DNA from: an uncultured Candidatus Saccharibacteria bacterium
GTDB lineage: Bacteria > Patescibacteriota > Minisyncoccia > UBA6257 > UBA11618
Direction: 5' to 3'
DNA: 64,000 bases
Assembly: GCA_964363475.1 (NCBI GenBank)
Contig: CAYIII010000002.1
Location: forward strand, 6,661-70,660
Part shown: positions 26,199 through 36,595 of the stretch, in pieces
How the letters are laid out: every line of letters starts with the position of its first letter
How positions within the stretch are numbered: position 1 is the stretch's first letter
Made by a program: the position numbers and the translations under genes
The notes under the pieces: model-generated
Databases searched by the model: none
Told to the model about the DNA's origin: nothing
Seen by the model: only the letters and a program-made list of their open reading frames with translations

Positions 26199-27086
26199 TT
26201 GTGTGAAAATTTATTGAATAAAGGCAACGAAGTTATTTGTTTTGATAATTTAAGCACAGGAAAACTAAAAAATATAGAGCATATAAAAAACAAAGTTATT
26301 TTTGTAAAAGGAGACGCCAACAGTTTTAATGATTTGGAAGTAATTTTCAAAGAAAATAAATTAAGCGGAGTTTTTCATCACGCGGCTATTGTGGGAGTTA
26401 AACGCACGATGGAGTCCCCCGTTGATGTTCTAAATGATATTGAGAGCGCGCGCAATATTTTAAATTTGGCCTTGAAATACGGCAAGCCCAAAATTATATT
26501 TGCTTCCAGTTCGGAAGTTTATGGTGAACCTGTGGAAATACCGGAATTGGAGAACGGCCACATTAACGCGCAAATACCTTATGCCGTAACGAAACTGTAT
26601 TGCGAAAAACTTATGTCGGCTTATTGGCAAAAATATAAACTTCCGACCTGTTCTTTAAGATTTTTTAATGTTTACGGCCCTCGCCAGGAGTCCAGCGATT
26701 ACGGTTTTGTTATCGGTATATTTATTAAGAGTGTCCTGCGGGGTATGTCGCCTGTAATATACGGAGACGGCACGCAAACGCGTGATTTTGTTTACATTGA
26801 CGATAATGTGGAGGCCTCCATTAAAGCGCTGGAATCGCGGACTAACGGAGAAGTAATAAATATTGGTACGGGAAGGCCGACTACAATTTTGGATTTAGCC
26901 GAAAAAATTATTGCTCTTTGCGGACTCAAGAAAAATTTAAAGCCAAAATTTATTAAACATAGGGATGATGTAAGGCATCGTTTTCCTGATATCGGTAAAA
27001 TGAAAAACTTATTAAATTTTACGTCCCGATATAATCTTAAAAGCGGTTTAGAAAAAACAATAAATTGGTATAAAAAAGAGATATGA
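26148..27086 (+). CDS. NAD-dependent epimerase/dehydratase
   Basis: TGGAGFIGSH, ASSSEVYG, YAVTK, RFFNVYGPRQ, QTRDFVY. Confidence 0.92.
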   Translation: MRKKFLVTGGAGFIGSHLCENLLNKGNEVICFDNLSTGKLKNIEHIKNKVIFVKGDANSFNDLEVIFKENKLSGVFHHAAIVGVKRTMESPVDVLNDIESARNILNLALKYGKPKIIFASSSEVYGEPVEIPELENGHINAQIPYAVTKLYCEKLMSAYWQKYKLPTCSLRFFNVYGPRQESSDYGFVIGIFIKSVLRGMSPVIYGDGTQTRDFVYIDDNVEASIKALESRTNGEVINIGTGRPTTILDLAEKIIALCGLKKNLKPKFIKHRDDVRHRFPDIGKMKNLLNFTSRYNLKSGLEKTINWYKKEI

Positions 27087-27754
27087 AAGTTGCCTTGGTA
27101 ATTCCGGCTCATAACGAAGAAAAAAATATACAAAACGTAATTAAAAAATCAGCCAGTTACGTTGATTGGGTGATTATTGTTAATGATGGTTCAAGCGATG
27201 CCACTAAAAAGATATGCGAGGCAAATCGTTGCGATAAAAAAATAATATTGCTTAACCATAAAATTAATTTAGGCAAGGGCTCCGCTTTGAAGACGGGATG
27301 TGAGGCGGCCCGTAAATTAGGCAGTGATATTATTGTCACAATTGACGGCGACGGCCAACATTCCCCGGAGTATATTCCTAAAATTTTACAGTATATGGAG
27401 TCCAATAAATTGGATTTTATTTTTACCGTTCGTCAAGGTGGCGACAAGATGCCCTTGATTCGCTTTCTGGGCAATAGAACTTTAAATTTGACTGCCCAAT
27501 GTCTTTTTAATGTCAATTTAAAGGATATGTGGTGTGGTTTTAGAGCGTTTCGCGTCAGTTGCCTACCTAAAATCTCTTGGAGTAAAAGCGATTATTCCGG
27601 AGAAATCCAAATGGCGCTCAAAGTCGGGAAAAATAAAATTACTTACGGAGAATATGCCATTCCCACTATTTACAGCGACAATGTTAAGGGAGTTCATATT
27701 TTGCATGGGCTCAAGTTATTGTTGCAAATGATTGTGTGGCGTATAATGCTATAA
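27083..27754 (+). CDS. GT2 glycosyltransferase, polyprenol-phosphate (DPM-synthase-like)
   Basis: IPAHNEE, NDGSSD, NLGKG, DGDGQH, D..CGFRAF. Confidence 0.88.
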   Translation: MKVALVIPAHNEEKNIQNVIKKSASYVDWVIIVNDGSSDATKKICEANRCDKKIILLNHKINLGKGSALKTGCEAARKLGSDIIVTIDGDGQHSPEYIPKILQYMESNKLDFIFTVRQGGDKMPLIRFLGNRTLNLTAQCLFNVNLKDMWCGFRAFRVSCLPKISWSKSDYSGEIQMALKVGKNKITYGEYAIPTIYSDNVKGVHILHGLKLLLQMIVWRIML

Positions 27755-27756
27755 AA

Positions 27757-28098
27757 ATGATTGGCATTCAACTTATAGGTGTTGTTGTCGGATTGGCGGC
27801 TATTCATCTTACTTATCTCTATTATAAAAGGTCTAATTTTACTAAAAAAGAATTGTTTTTTTGGGGATTTATTTGGCTAACCTTCGTTTTTGTTTCTGTT
27901 TTTCCCAGAAGCGTATCTCCTCTAGTCGGTTATTTGGGCTTGAGTAGGCCGATGGATTTAATAATGATTGTCGCTTTTGTTATTTTATTTATGCTTACCT
28001 TTCATAATTACATAGTCAATAGACAGCAAAAACAGAAATTAGAAAGATTAGTTAGAGAATTAGCGCTGAAGGATATAGATGGTAATGAGTTCCGTTAA
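27757..28098 (+). CDS. DUF2304-like small membrane protein
   Basis: 3 TMs, LGLSRPMDL, LVRELAL end; typical partner of DPM-like GT2. Confidence 0.75.
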   Translation: MIGIQLIGVVVGLAAIHLTYLYYKRSNFTKKELFFWGFIWLTFVFVSVFPRSVSPLVGYLGLSRPMDLIMIVAFVILFMLTFHNYIVNRQQKQKLERLVRELALKDIDGNEFR

Positions 28099-29227
28099 AA
28101 GTATTTTGATTTTTGCCGCTTTTTACCATCCCTATAAAGGCGGTTATGTTGAAAGCATTCATGGATTATCTGTCGGGCTTCTGCAAAGAGGATATGAAAT
28201 CACCATCGTTGCTTGTGGTGAGCAGGGTCGAACCACTTGTGGTGAGATAGATGGGATTAAATTGTATAATTTGTCTTGCTGGAATCCGGATTGGTTAAAT
28301 AATAGTTTTCCTATTCCTCACCCATACAGCGTTTATAAGGTATTAAAAATTCTATATAAAAAAAATTTTGATTATATTTTAACCAATACCCGTTTTTTTA
28401 TTTCAACATGGCTCGGCTTTATTTTTGGCAAATCGCTTGGATTGCCGGTGATTCACATAGAAAGAGGCGGCCAACATTCTTCAACCGGAAATTTGTTTAT
28501 TAATTTTGTGGCTAAAATAGTAGACCACACTATCGGTTTCATTATTGTCCGTTTTTCTAATGTTGTTGTCGGCGTGTCAGAAGCCACCTGTTCTTTTTTA
28601 TTGCATCTTGGGGCTGTTAAACCTGTCAAAATTTATAATGGAATTAGCGTGGCGCCTGAAAAAAATGTAATTTATAAAAATAATTTGCCGTATAAAATTA
28701 CTTTTGTTGGCCGCTTAATTTATGCGAAAGGACTAACTGAATTGGTTCAGGCAACTGCATCTCTTTCGGATAATATAATTGTGCAAATAATTGGAGGCGG
28801 CCCATATAAAAAAGATTTGGAGAAAATAATTAATGAACTAAAGCTCAATAAAAAAATTATTTTTTTAGGGGAATTGAATCACCAAGAAATAATAAATATT
28901 CTTTTAGAATCAACTATTTTTATTAATCCTTCATATTCAGAGGGCCTACCTCGCTGTGTATTAGAGGCTGGTTCTGTTGGGCTTCCCGTTATTGCCACTG
29001 ATGTGGGCGGCACCAAAGAAATAATTTGCAATGAAGAACACGGCATTTTAATAATTCCAAAAAATATTGAAGCGATTATCGTAAGTATTAATAAATTAAT
29101 CAATGATATTGACTTAAGAGAGAGATTGGGAAGAAATTTAAAAAATCGCGTCAAGTTAGTTTTTAACTGGGATGAAATTGTCTCAAGATATGAAAAAGAA
29201 TGTTTTAATACTCACAACATTTTATAA
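28085..29227 (+). CDS. GT4 glycosyltransferase
   Basis: GGYVE, FVGRL, PSYSEGLPRCVLEA, ATDVGGTKE. Confidence 0.9.
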   Translation: MSSVKSILIFAAFYHPYKGGYVESIHGLSVGLLQRGYEITIVACGEQGRTTCGEIDGIKLYNLSCWNPDWLNNSFPIPHPYSVYKVLKILYKKNFDYILTNTRFFISTWLGFIFGKSLGLPVIHIERGGQHSSTGNLFINFVAKIVDHTIGFIIVRFSNVVVGVSEATCSFLLHLGAVKPVKIYNGISVAPEKNVIYKNNLPYKITFVGRLIYAKGLTELVQATASLSDNIIVQIIGGGPYKKDLEKIINELKLNKKIIFLGELNHQEIINILLESTIFINPSYSEGLPRCVLEAGSVGLPVIATDVGGTKEIICNEEHGILIIPKNIEAIIVSINKLINDIDLRERLGRNLKNRVKLVFNWDEIVSRYEKECFNTHNIL

Positions 29228-30293
29228 GCCGTTTATTGGCGGGGCTGAAGTTTTTGTAGAAGAGATTACTAAAAGACTAAATAAAGATTTTAATTTTTTT
29301 ATTTTCACCACAAAAAACTTAAAGAATCTTCCCAGAAAAGAAATTATTGATAACACAGTGATTTATCGTCTGGGTTTTGGTTCTAAATACGATAAGTTTT
29401 TTTTTCCTTTTTTAGCGTTGATAAAAAGTTATTCCGTTAATTTTGATTTCTCATACGCTATTATGGCAAGTTACGCCGGCGCGGCGGCTCTCTTAATTAA
29501 ATTTTTTAGAAGAAAAGAATACATATTAAATATGCAAAGCGGAACTTTAGATACTAAAAATTATTTAAAAATATTAAAACTTTTTTGGTTTTTTTACAAA
29601 AAAATACACACCGAAGCATTATTTATTCATGTTATAAGCAATGCTCTTAAAGAAAGGGCCATAAAATTTGGCGTACCAATAAATAAAATATTTCTTATTC
29701 CTAACGGAATAGATTTGAGTAATTTCAAAGTATTGAGTTTGAATAGAAATTATTGGCAAATGATTTCGGTAGCCAATTTAAAAAAAGTAAAAGGACTGGA
29801 ATATCTTTTGCGTGCCATGCCAATAATAACGACCAAATTTCCTCAAGTAAAACTTTTATTAGTTGGTGATGGAGAGGAAAGAATTTTTTTGGAGAATTTA
29901 GTTAATGATTTAAAGATAGAAAATCATGTCCAATTTTTAGGTACGATTTGTCGCGATAAAATACCTGATATTTTGAATCATTCTAATATCTTTATCGGGC
30001 CTTCTTTAGCAGAGGGCCTGGGAATCGCTTTTTTGGAAGCCATGGCCTGCGGGGCTATTGTTATTGGCACAAAAGTTGGAGGGATTTGTGATATTATCAA
30101 AAATCATTATAATGGTCTATTAATAGAGCCCGCCAATTATATGGAGATTGCAAATAGCGTTTTATATCTATTAGAAAATAAAACCGTGTTGGAATCTTTA
30201 AGAAGCAATGCTTTAAAATTTGTTAAGGAATATGATTGGAATATTATTTCTTTTTCCATAAAATCATTGCTGGAAAAATATGAAAAAAGTTAG
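29190..30293 (+). CDS. GT4 glycosyltransferase
   Basis: GGAEV, IPNGID, PSLAEGLGIAFLEAMACG. Confidence 0.9.
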   Translation: MKKNVLILTTFYKPFIGGAEVFVEEITKRLNKDFNFFIFTTKNLKNLPRKEIIDNTVIYRLGFGSKYDKFFFPFLALIKSYSVNFDFSYAIMASYAGAAALLIKFFRRKEYILNMQSGTLDTKNYLKILKLFWFFYKKIHTEALFIHVISNALKERAIKFGVPINKIFLIPNGIDLSNFKVLSLNRNYWQMISVANLKKVKGLEYLLRAMPIITTKFPQVKLLLVGDGEERIFLENLVNDLKIENHVQFLGTICRDKIPDILNHSNIFIGPSLAEGLGIAFLEAMACGAIVIGTKVGGICDIIKNHYNGLLIEPANYMEIANSVLYLLENKTVLESLRSNALKFVKEYDWNIISFSIKSLLEKYEKS

Positions 30294-30894
30294 AAAAATA
30301 AAATCTTTAATTTTTTATACGGTTTCATTTTTAATGATAATTTTAATCTCTATATTTTTTTCGTCTTTAGTTACTTTAAATGTCATTTATTCTTGCTCTA
30401 ATCAAATAAGAAACGGTTATTTATCGGAATTTTTATGTGGTGATGTTGGGAAGACAGTAGAGGAAATTAAAGAAGATGAGTTTGTTTGGATAAAGCCAGA
30501 AGATATTTTACGAGCGTATTCTAATGATATTTTAGAGATAAATGAAAAAAGCAAAGCCGACAAATTAATTGATGGAGACATTAACACCGGCGCTTATCCC
30601 GGAAACAAGCAATTTGATTACATAGTTGAATTCATAGACGAGTACGAAATAAGTAGAATAGAGCTTATTTGGGGCGGCAGTGGAACGAGCAGACAACATA
30701 TCCAAGAATGGTCTTTAGAGTCCAAGTCCGGTTTATTGGGAGAATGGCAAGTTGTGGCTGGCGAGAAAGAATCTCTGGGCACGGAAAAAACGGTTTTAGA
30801 TATAAATATAAAAGCGGACTCTATAAAAATTCGTGCGAGTTCTCAAGATAATTGGATTGGAATTTTAGAGGTAAAAATCTTAAGAAAATCTTAG
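30280..30894 (+). CDS. Membrane-anchored discoidin/F5-8 type C-like carbohydrate-binding protein
   Basis: N-terminal TM; KLIDGDINT, ISRIELIWG, ADSIKI, WIGILEVKI. Confidence 0.6.
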   Translation: MKKVRKIKSLIFYTVSFLMIILISIFFSSLVTLNVIYSCSNQIRNGYLSEFLCGDVGKTVEEIKEDEFVWIKPEDILRAYSNDILEINEKSKADKLIDGDINTGAYPGNKQFDYIVEFIDEYEISRIELIWGGSGTSRQHIQEWSLESKSGLLGEWQVVAGEKESLGTEKTVLDINIKADSIKIRASSQDNWIGILEVKILRKS

Positions 30895-32968
30895 ATAAGG
30901 GAATAATCAGTAGGCAAGAAAAAAACAATAAAAATGGCATTAACGGCACGGAATGTCTTCGTTGGTCGACGGCAAAAAGGATAATAGTTGCGAGATGAGT
31001 CCATATAAATCCTCCGGTAATTAAATAATCCTTTCTTTTAGCCATTTTGGAAAATAAACTAGGTTTTAAAATAAATAAAATAGAGCAGACAAGGAATAGG
31101 ACAAACGGAATGGAGAGCCAAAGAGTTGCCTCGCTGGCACTAAAACCCAAAAAATAAAATAATCTTTGCGTTATTAATCTTAAATAGTCCAACGGCTGTT
31201 CTAATATCCACTGGATTGACGGAAAAGCTCTTGAGTCAAAAAAAATATTAGCAAAATTCATTACTGTATCGTAGTTTTTTTCTAAAGGCACATAATTATT
31301 AGGCACATGATTGGCTTGAACAAAATTAATTGTAACCGCTGGTTCTGATATTAAAATAAATTTACCGGTTAATAACCAATTTCTAGCCAAAAATGGTATT
31401 AATGGCAATATTATTCCTGTTACAAAAATAACAAACGGGACTAAAAAATATTTTTTAAAACTAAATATGAACCATAAAAATATAACCAGCATCATCGCCG
31501 CCATATTATTTCTCATTAGAATGCTTAATCCTAAAAATATTCCGGCCGTAAAAAAGTAAATCAAAGCCCCCCACTTTTTATTTTTATTGTCGCTAATTTT
31601 TCTTTCTGCTAGAAAAAGAAACAATATCACTAATGCTATTAGCAGTGTGCCAACAGGAAACATCTGAAACGCTTGTTTAAGCGTAATTGGATTGAGGGCA
31701 ATTAATACTAAAAGGGGTAAAAATATCAAAGAATCTTTTTTTATAAATAATTTACAAATCCAAACGACTATCAATGCTGCCAAAAGAACTGAAATTAATT
31801 GGAAAAATATTATAGGGAATAATGGCTCTCCCATTAGATAATGAGCAATAACTAGGGCGTGATAATATAAAATTTGATAATAATAACCGTAACCTGTTTC
31901 TAGGGCGCTCATACTCCAATTACCTGTTAATTGAACGTGTCTTGCAAATGTCTCATAAGTTAAAGGATCATTGCCGGTAATTAAAACATTAAAATATTCC
32001 GAATTTATTTGACCAAGTAATTTTTTTATCAATAAACCGAAACTCAATAAAAAAGACATAAAAATATAAAAACGCAAAGATAAGAACCATCCCTTCCAAT
32101 TTTCTTTATAAATAAGCAGGGTTAGAATTATTAAAATAAGTAAAAATATTATAATTTTTATAAAATTATCAATAAAATTTACGACATTATCACTATATAT
32201 TTGAAAATTTGAGTATTTTTGAGGGAAAAGACGGGTATTTAAAATATCAAGTTTTAAAAATTGCGTTGTTCCCTGTCCCCTGTGATAAATTAATTCTATC
32301 GGAACTAATTTATCAGTCGCATTTAATTCAATATGCTTATTATTTTTTTGAATGCTTAATTGGTCACTTCCTTGAACATCTAAAATTTTATCTTTATTTA
32401 TATATAATTCCGCCCTATTATCGGTAGATAAATCAATTTTTAAGGCACTTAAACCTGGATTATAAATATAACCTTTCCAGACAACGCTAATAGGAATAGT
32501 ATGGCTTCTTATATTGGGGTCATTAAATTTTGTATTATTATTTAAAAACCAAAACTGAAATGGTTTTTTATGGAAAGAATATCCAATACTTTCAAAATTA
32601 ATTTCCTCATCAATTCTTGTGCCGTCTATTTTGGGATTTATGAATTCGGTGGATTTCTGCAAAACCCCGTTTTCAATTGACGGTTGATAGTAATAACCCA
32701 TTAATCCTTCCGGTAAAGAAATAATTCCGAGCAATATTTTTATTATTATAATCAGCAGTATTATATAACTTGCTGGTCGCAATATTAAAACGTGTTTTTT
32801 TTGAAAATTTTTAAACTGAGGCAAGAAAAAAATAAAAAAAGCAGCTAATAAAACTAAAAAAAACAATTCATGAAATTGGCTTAATGGAATTCCGTCAAAC
32901 CAGCCATTTCTGCCAGAGATAATAAAGAATAAAACACATAAAAGAAAAATCAGCACATTGATAGTCAA
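30821..32968 (-). CDS. Large polytopic membrane protein with PA14-like extracellular domain, GT-C/ArnT-like
   Basis: GLMGYYY..RIDEEINF..SVVWKGYI..STDNRAELYIN (PA14-like); GNDPLTYETFA loop; PFLARNW; many TMs. Confidence 0.65.
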   Translation of the reverse strand: MTINVLIFLLCVLFFIISGRNGWFDGIPLSQFHELFFLVLLAAFFIFFLPQFKNFQKKHVLILRPASYIILLIIIIKILLGIISLPEGLMGYYYQPSIENGVLQKSTEFINPKIDGTRIDEEINFESIGYSFHKKPFQFWFLNNNTKFNDPNIRSHTIPISVVWKGYIYNPGLSALKIDLSTDNRAELYINKDKILDVQGSDQLSIQKNNKHIELNATDKLVPIELIYHRGQGTTQFLKLDILNTRLFPQKYSNFQIYSDNVVNFIDNFIKIIIFLLILIILTLLIYKENWKGWFLSLRFYIFMSFLLSFGLLIKKLLGQINSEYFNVLITGNDPLTYETFARHVQLTGNWSMSALETGYGYYYQILYYHALVIAHYLMGEPLFPIIFFQLISVLLAALIVVWICKLFIKKDSLIFLPLLVLIALNPITLKQAFQMFPVGTLLIALVILFLFLAERKISDNKNKKWGALIYFFTAGIFLGLSILMRNNMAAMMLVIFLWFIFSFKKYFLVPFVIFVTGIILPLIPFLARNWLLTGKFILISEPAVTINFVQANHVPNNYVPLEKNYDTVMNFANIFFDSRAFPSIQWILEQPLDYLRLITQRLFYFLGFSASEATLWLSIPFVLFLVCSILFILKPSLFSKMAKRKDYLITGGFIWTHLATIILFAVDQRRHSVPLMPFLLFFSCLLIIPLSKIFLRFLPLKFQSNYLENSHEFL

Positions 32969-33013
32969 TCTCGCATAGTTTGATATTCAAAACAAGTACT
33001 ATAGAATGAGGAA

Positions 33014-33712
33014 ATGAATAATAAGCTATCTCGAGTTTCTTTCTTTTGCCCGGCTTATTTTGAAGAAAAAAACTTGCCGATTCTTATTCCCAAAGCTATT
33101 TCTTTATTATCAAAAATTGCCGATCAATTTGAAATTATCATCGTTGAAGATGGCAGTCCCGATAAAACTGGGGAAGTGGCTGATAATTTATCAAGTAAAT
33201 ATCCTTGCGTCAGAGTTATACATCATCATCATAATCTTGGTTATGGCGCGTCTTTAAGAGACGGATTTTGTAATGCTAAGTATGAATATATAATGTATAC
33301 TGACGGAGATAATCAATATGATATTGATGAATTTATACCTTATATGCACTTGCTGTCTGACGCAGACATTATTAGTGGATATGCTACCAAAAAAGCTTTA
33401 ACGCCTTTAAGAAAAACTCAATCAGCCATATTTAATTTATTGGTCAAAATTTTATTTTTTGTAAATATTAAAGATATTAATTGCTCAATGAAGATTTATA
33501 AGAGGAAAGTTTTGGATTTAGTGTCCATAAAAAGCACTAGCGCATTTATTGATGCCGAAATGCTTATTAAGGCCAGTAGATTAGGTTTTACGATTGCGCA
33601 ATTTCCCGTTACTCATTATCCGAGAAATAGCGGTGTGGCTAGCGGCTCTAATCCCGGCGTTATTGTTTCTACAATAAAAGATATGTTTAAGTTTAGGTTT
33701 GGATTGCTCTGA
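33014..33712 (+). CDS. GT2 glycosyltransferase, polyprenol-phosphate type
   Basis: PAYFEE, EDGSPD, NLGYG, TDGDNQYD, DINCSMK. Confidence 0.88.
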   Translation: MNNKLSRVSFFCPAYFEEKNLPILIPKAISLLSKIADQFEIIIVEDGSPDKTGEVADNLSSKYPCVRVIHHHHNLGYGASLRDGFCNAKYEYIMYTDGDNQYDIDEFIPYMHLLSDADIISGYATKKALTPLRKTQSAIFNLLVKILFFVNIKDINCSMKIYKRKVLDLVSIKSTSAFIDAEMLIKASRLGFTIAQFPVTHYPRNSGVASGSNPGVIVSTIKDMFKFRFGLL

Positions 33713-33719
33713 TCAGATT

Positions 33720-34625
33720 ATGACAAAAAATAATGTAATGTTAGTAACTGGTTGTGGTGGAATGTTAGGGGAAGCCGTCTATAATTTTTTTAAAGATAAG
33801 TGTAAGGTTTTTGCTACCGATATTGATATTAATGAAAAGTGGCTGTCCTATTTAGATGTTAATTCCGTGTCATCTTTAAAGAAAACCTGCGATAAAATAA
33901 AACCAAATTTTATAATTCATTTAGTCGCCTTAACTGATTTGGAATATTGTGAATCTAATCCGGAAAAGGCCTATCAAATAAATACTTGGGGTGTTTATAA
34001 TGTTGTTGCGGAAGCTCATAAGAGAAAAATTCCTCTTGTTTGCATGTCTACTGCCGGCGTTTTTGACGGATTAAAAGGAAAATATAAAGAAGACGACCTG
34101 CCCAATCCAATTAGCATTTATGGCAAATCTAAATATTTAAGTGAATTAATTGCCTGTTCTTATGAAAAAGCCATTGTTATAAGAGCCGGATGGATGATAG
34201 GCGGCGGTCCTAAGAAAGACAAAAAATTTGTCAATAAAATTATACAAAAAATAAATGCGGGGAATGAAGAAATAGCCGTGGTTAATGATAAATTTGGCAG
34301 TCCTTCTTATACATATGATTTGGTTAAAGTTATGTATTTTTTATTAAAGAATAAAAAATACGGTCTTTTTCATGGTTGTTGCGGTGGAAGTTGTAATAGA
34401 CTAGACATTGCCAATCAGATTATTTCTTTAATGGGCATGAGTGATAAGATAAAAATTAAAATTGTGGATTCCAAATATTTTAATAAAGATTATTTTGCTC
34501 CTCGACCAGTTTCAGAAAATTTGATTAACTCAAAATTAAATCTAATAGGCGTCAATCTAACCAGAGATTGGCGAGATGCTTTAAAAGATTATTTAGGTAG
34601 GTTTGATTGGTTATCACACAAATGA
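33720..34625 (+). CDS. rfbD: dTDP-4-dehydrorhamnose reductase family
   Basis: TGCGGMLG, CESNPEKAYQIN, PNPISIYGKSK, GSPSY, APRP. Confidence 0.75.
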   Translation: MTKNNVMLVTGCGGMLGEAVYNFFKDKCKVFATDIDINEKWLSYLDVNSVSSLKKTCDKIKPNFIIHLVALTDLEYCESNPEKAYQINTWGVYNVVAEAHKRKIPLVCMSTAGVFDGLKGKYKEDDLPNPISIYGKSKYLSELIACSYEKAIVIRAGWMIGGGPKKDKKFVNKIIQKINAGNEEIAVVNDKFGSPSYTYDLVKVMYFLLKNKKYGLFHGCCGGSCNRLDIANQIISLMGMSDKIKIKIVDSKYFNKDYFAPRPVSENLINSKLNLIGVNLTRDWRDALKDYLGRFDWLSHK

Positions 34626-35296
34626 AAATTTGTTTGTCATTTCACACCGAACGATTGCATGATGATAAAACTTGGAGCCAAATTAAATGGCTTGTTGAAT
34701 TATTAAATAAATTTAATATCCGAGCCGTGTGGTTTTCTGTTAACCCAACCTTTTTCCTTTATAAGGAAATGGGGTTTGATGAAAAAAAATGGATTGAAAG
34801 GCTTAAGTATTTGTCTAGTCATAACCAAAAAATAGAACAACACACAACTTTTTATTTTAAAAATAAACAAGAATGTAATTTAGAACCAAATTATATCAGA
34901 AAGAGATTATTAGAAGATAAAAAATGGCTTGAAAATCATGGACATTGCATCTCTGGTTTTGTGAGCGGGACTTGGATAATTAATAATGACGTAATTAATG
35001 CTTTGAATGAATTAAATTATAAATATGATTGCACGGCTCGGATGTTTAACTTGAATTATCTTAAAAATAATCCTAATCAGATGATTATTAATAATCCTAT
35101 AAAAATTGGTAATATTTGGGAAATTCCCACAACAGCTCCCGTCAAATATATTTTTTTAAAATCTAAAGGCAATTATAAAATGGTTTATCTTCATGATTAT
35201 GATTTAAATAATTTTATAATTAGAAATTTATTAAAAGCATTCATTATATTAAACAGTAAAAAACAATTTGTAACTCCTTTGGAACTTAATATATGA
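34622..35296 (+). CDS. Polysaccharide deacetylase-like protein
   Basis: SFHTE, IEQHT, GFVSGTW, YKYDCT, EIPTT, YLHDYD pattern of NodB/CE4-like fold. Confidence 0.55.
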   Translation: MKICLSFHTERLHDDKTWSQIKWLVELLNKFNIRAVWFSVNPTFFLYKEMGFDEKKWIERLKYLSSHNQKIEQHTTFYFKNKQECNLEPNYIRKRLLEDKKWLENHGHCISGFVSGTWIINNDVINALNELNYKYDCTARMFNLNYLKNNPNQMIINNPIKIGNIWEIPTTAPVKYIFLKSKGNYKMVYLHDYDLNNFIIRNLLKAFIILNSKKQFVTPLELNI

Positions 35297-35991
35297 CATC
35301 CTTAAATATAAGAGAATTGATTTCCAAAAGAGGTTGTTTTGATAAAAAAGAAAATCTTCGTATTTATGATAAATTTTTTAAAAAAACTCCTAGAACCTTT
35401 CGAATGCCACTGCAAAAATACCAATTATACGAAAAGAAAGTTTTAGATATCGGCTGTAGTTATGGTCAGTATTTGATTCGTTTCGGTCCTGAATCTGTTG
35501 GTATTGACATTCAAGAGAAAATGATTAATTTTGGTAGGGGTTTGGGATTGCAAATAATAAAATCAGATGTTGATAAGGACATAGCTGTATCAAACAACTC
35601 TTTCGATGCTATTTGGTGTTCTAATCTATTAGAACATGTAATTTCTCCACATAAATTTTTAAAGATTTGTCACGATAAGTTAAATTCTCAAGGACTGCTT
35701 TTTATAAAAGTTCCGTTAATCCCCTCTCTTTTTGTAGATTTTATTTATAGTAAAATTTTTGGTGATGTTGGTTACAGGCAAAGCGAGCATATTTATGCTT
35801 ATACCAAAAAATCCATTGAGTTTATCGTTAATAGGGCTGGTTTTAGGGTAATCGAAGGAAATATTTTTTTGTTTTCCAATAAGTTACTAGATAGATTATT
35901 AAATCCCCCACTATCCCGTTTAAATCTTACTATAACAATAGTGGCAAAAAAGATTGACAACTTTTCTTTATCAGAAAAACGACCCGTATGA
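35293..35991 (+). CDS. Class I SAM-dependent methyltransferase
   Basis: VLDIGCSYG, FDAIW..NLLEHV. Confidence 0.88.
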   Translation: MTSLNIRELISKRGCFDKKENLRIYDKFFKKTPRTFRMPLQKYQLYEKKVLDIGCSYGQYLIRFGPESVGIDIQEKMINFGRGLGLQIIKSDVDKDIAVSNNSFDAIWCSNLLEHVISPHKFLKICHDKLNSQGLLFIKVPLIPSLFVDFIYSKIFGDVGYRQSEHIYAYTKKSIEFIVNRAGFRVIEGNIFLFSNKLLDRLLNPPLSRLNLTITIVAKKIDNFSLSEKRPV

Positions 35992-36590
35992 AATATAAAA
36001 TCGTCACTCATCCTCATGACCACAAGAAAGAAAAGGACTGGGTAATTATTTTAGATTTTATTAATAAAAATATAAAAAGTTATAATTTAAAAAAGACCTT
36101 AGAATTGGGTGCTGGCATGGGTAATATTTCTTCTTATTTCGCCTCTCAAGGTGTTATCGCTTTTGCTGAAGATACTAATTTAGAATATTTAAATATCATT
36201 CAGAATAGAAACTCGTTAATATCAGTTTTACAGCACGATATTAATAATCCTCTCCCATTTTCTGATAATAGTTTTGATTTAGTTTCTTGTATTGGTACTT
36301 TACATTACGGATATATTAAAAACTTGCCGTTAATTTGGAACGAAATGATTCGTGTATCTAATAGATATATATTAGTGGATTTTTTTTCTAAATATTCTAT
36401 TTATCGGTTTTTAGAAAGAATTTATAATCCCCTATATAATCCTAGAACCTATTCTAAAAAAGAAGCGTTTAATTTAATAAAAAAATTTAATTTAGATGTT
36501 GTTTCTAAAACAAGCACAAAGTCATTATCAATTATTCGGCAAACCTTTCCGTTTGCTGGCAAGGCCGCTTATTTTCTTCTAGAAAAATAA
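35988..36590 (+). CDS. Class I SAM-dependent methyltransferase
   Basis: LELGAGMG, LPFSDNSFDLV, EMIRVS. Confidence 0.88.
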   Translation: MKYKIVTHPHDHKKEKDWVIILDFINKNIKSYNLKKTLELGAGMGNISSYFASQGVIAFAEDTNLEYLNIIQNRNSLISVLQHDINNPLPFSDNSFDLVSCIGTLHYGYIKNLPLIWNEMIRVSNRYILVDFFSKYSIYRFLERIYNPLYNPRTYSKKEAFNLIKKFNLDVVSKTSTKSLSIIRQTFPFAGKAAYFLLEK

Positions 36591-36595
36591 AGTTT

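Noticed and set aside
33221-33232. His run (HHHH) in the GT2
   Set aside because: It falls in the usual 'IxHxxNxG' GT2 segment; no evidence for a special function.
33014-35991. Alternative genetic code (TGA=Gly, as in Gracilibacteria/Absconditabacteria)
   Set aside because: Genes are full length under code 11, and TGA serves as a stop, including ATGA-coupled junctions.
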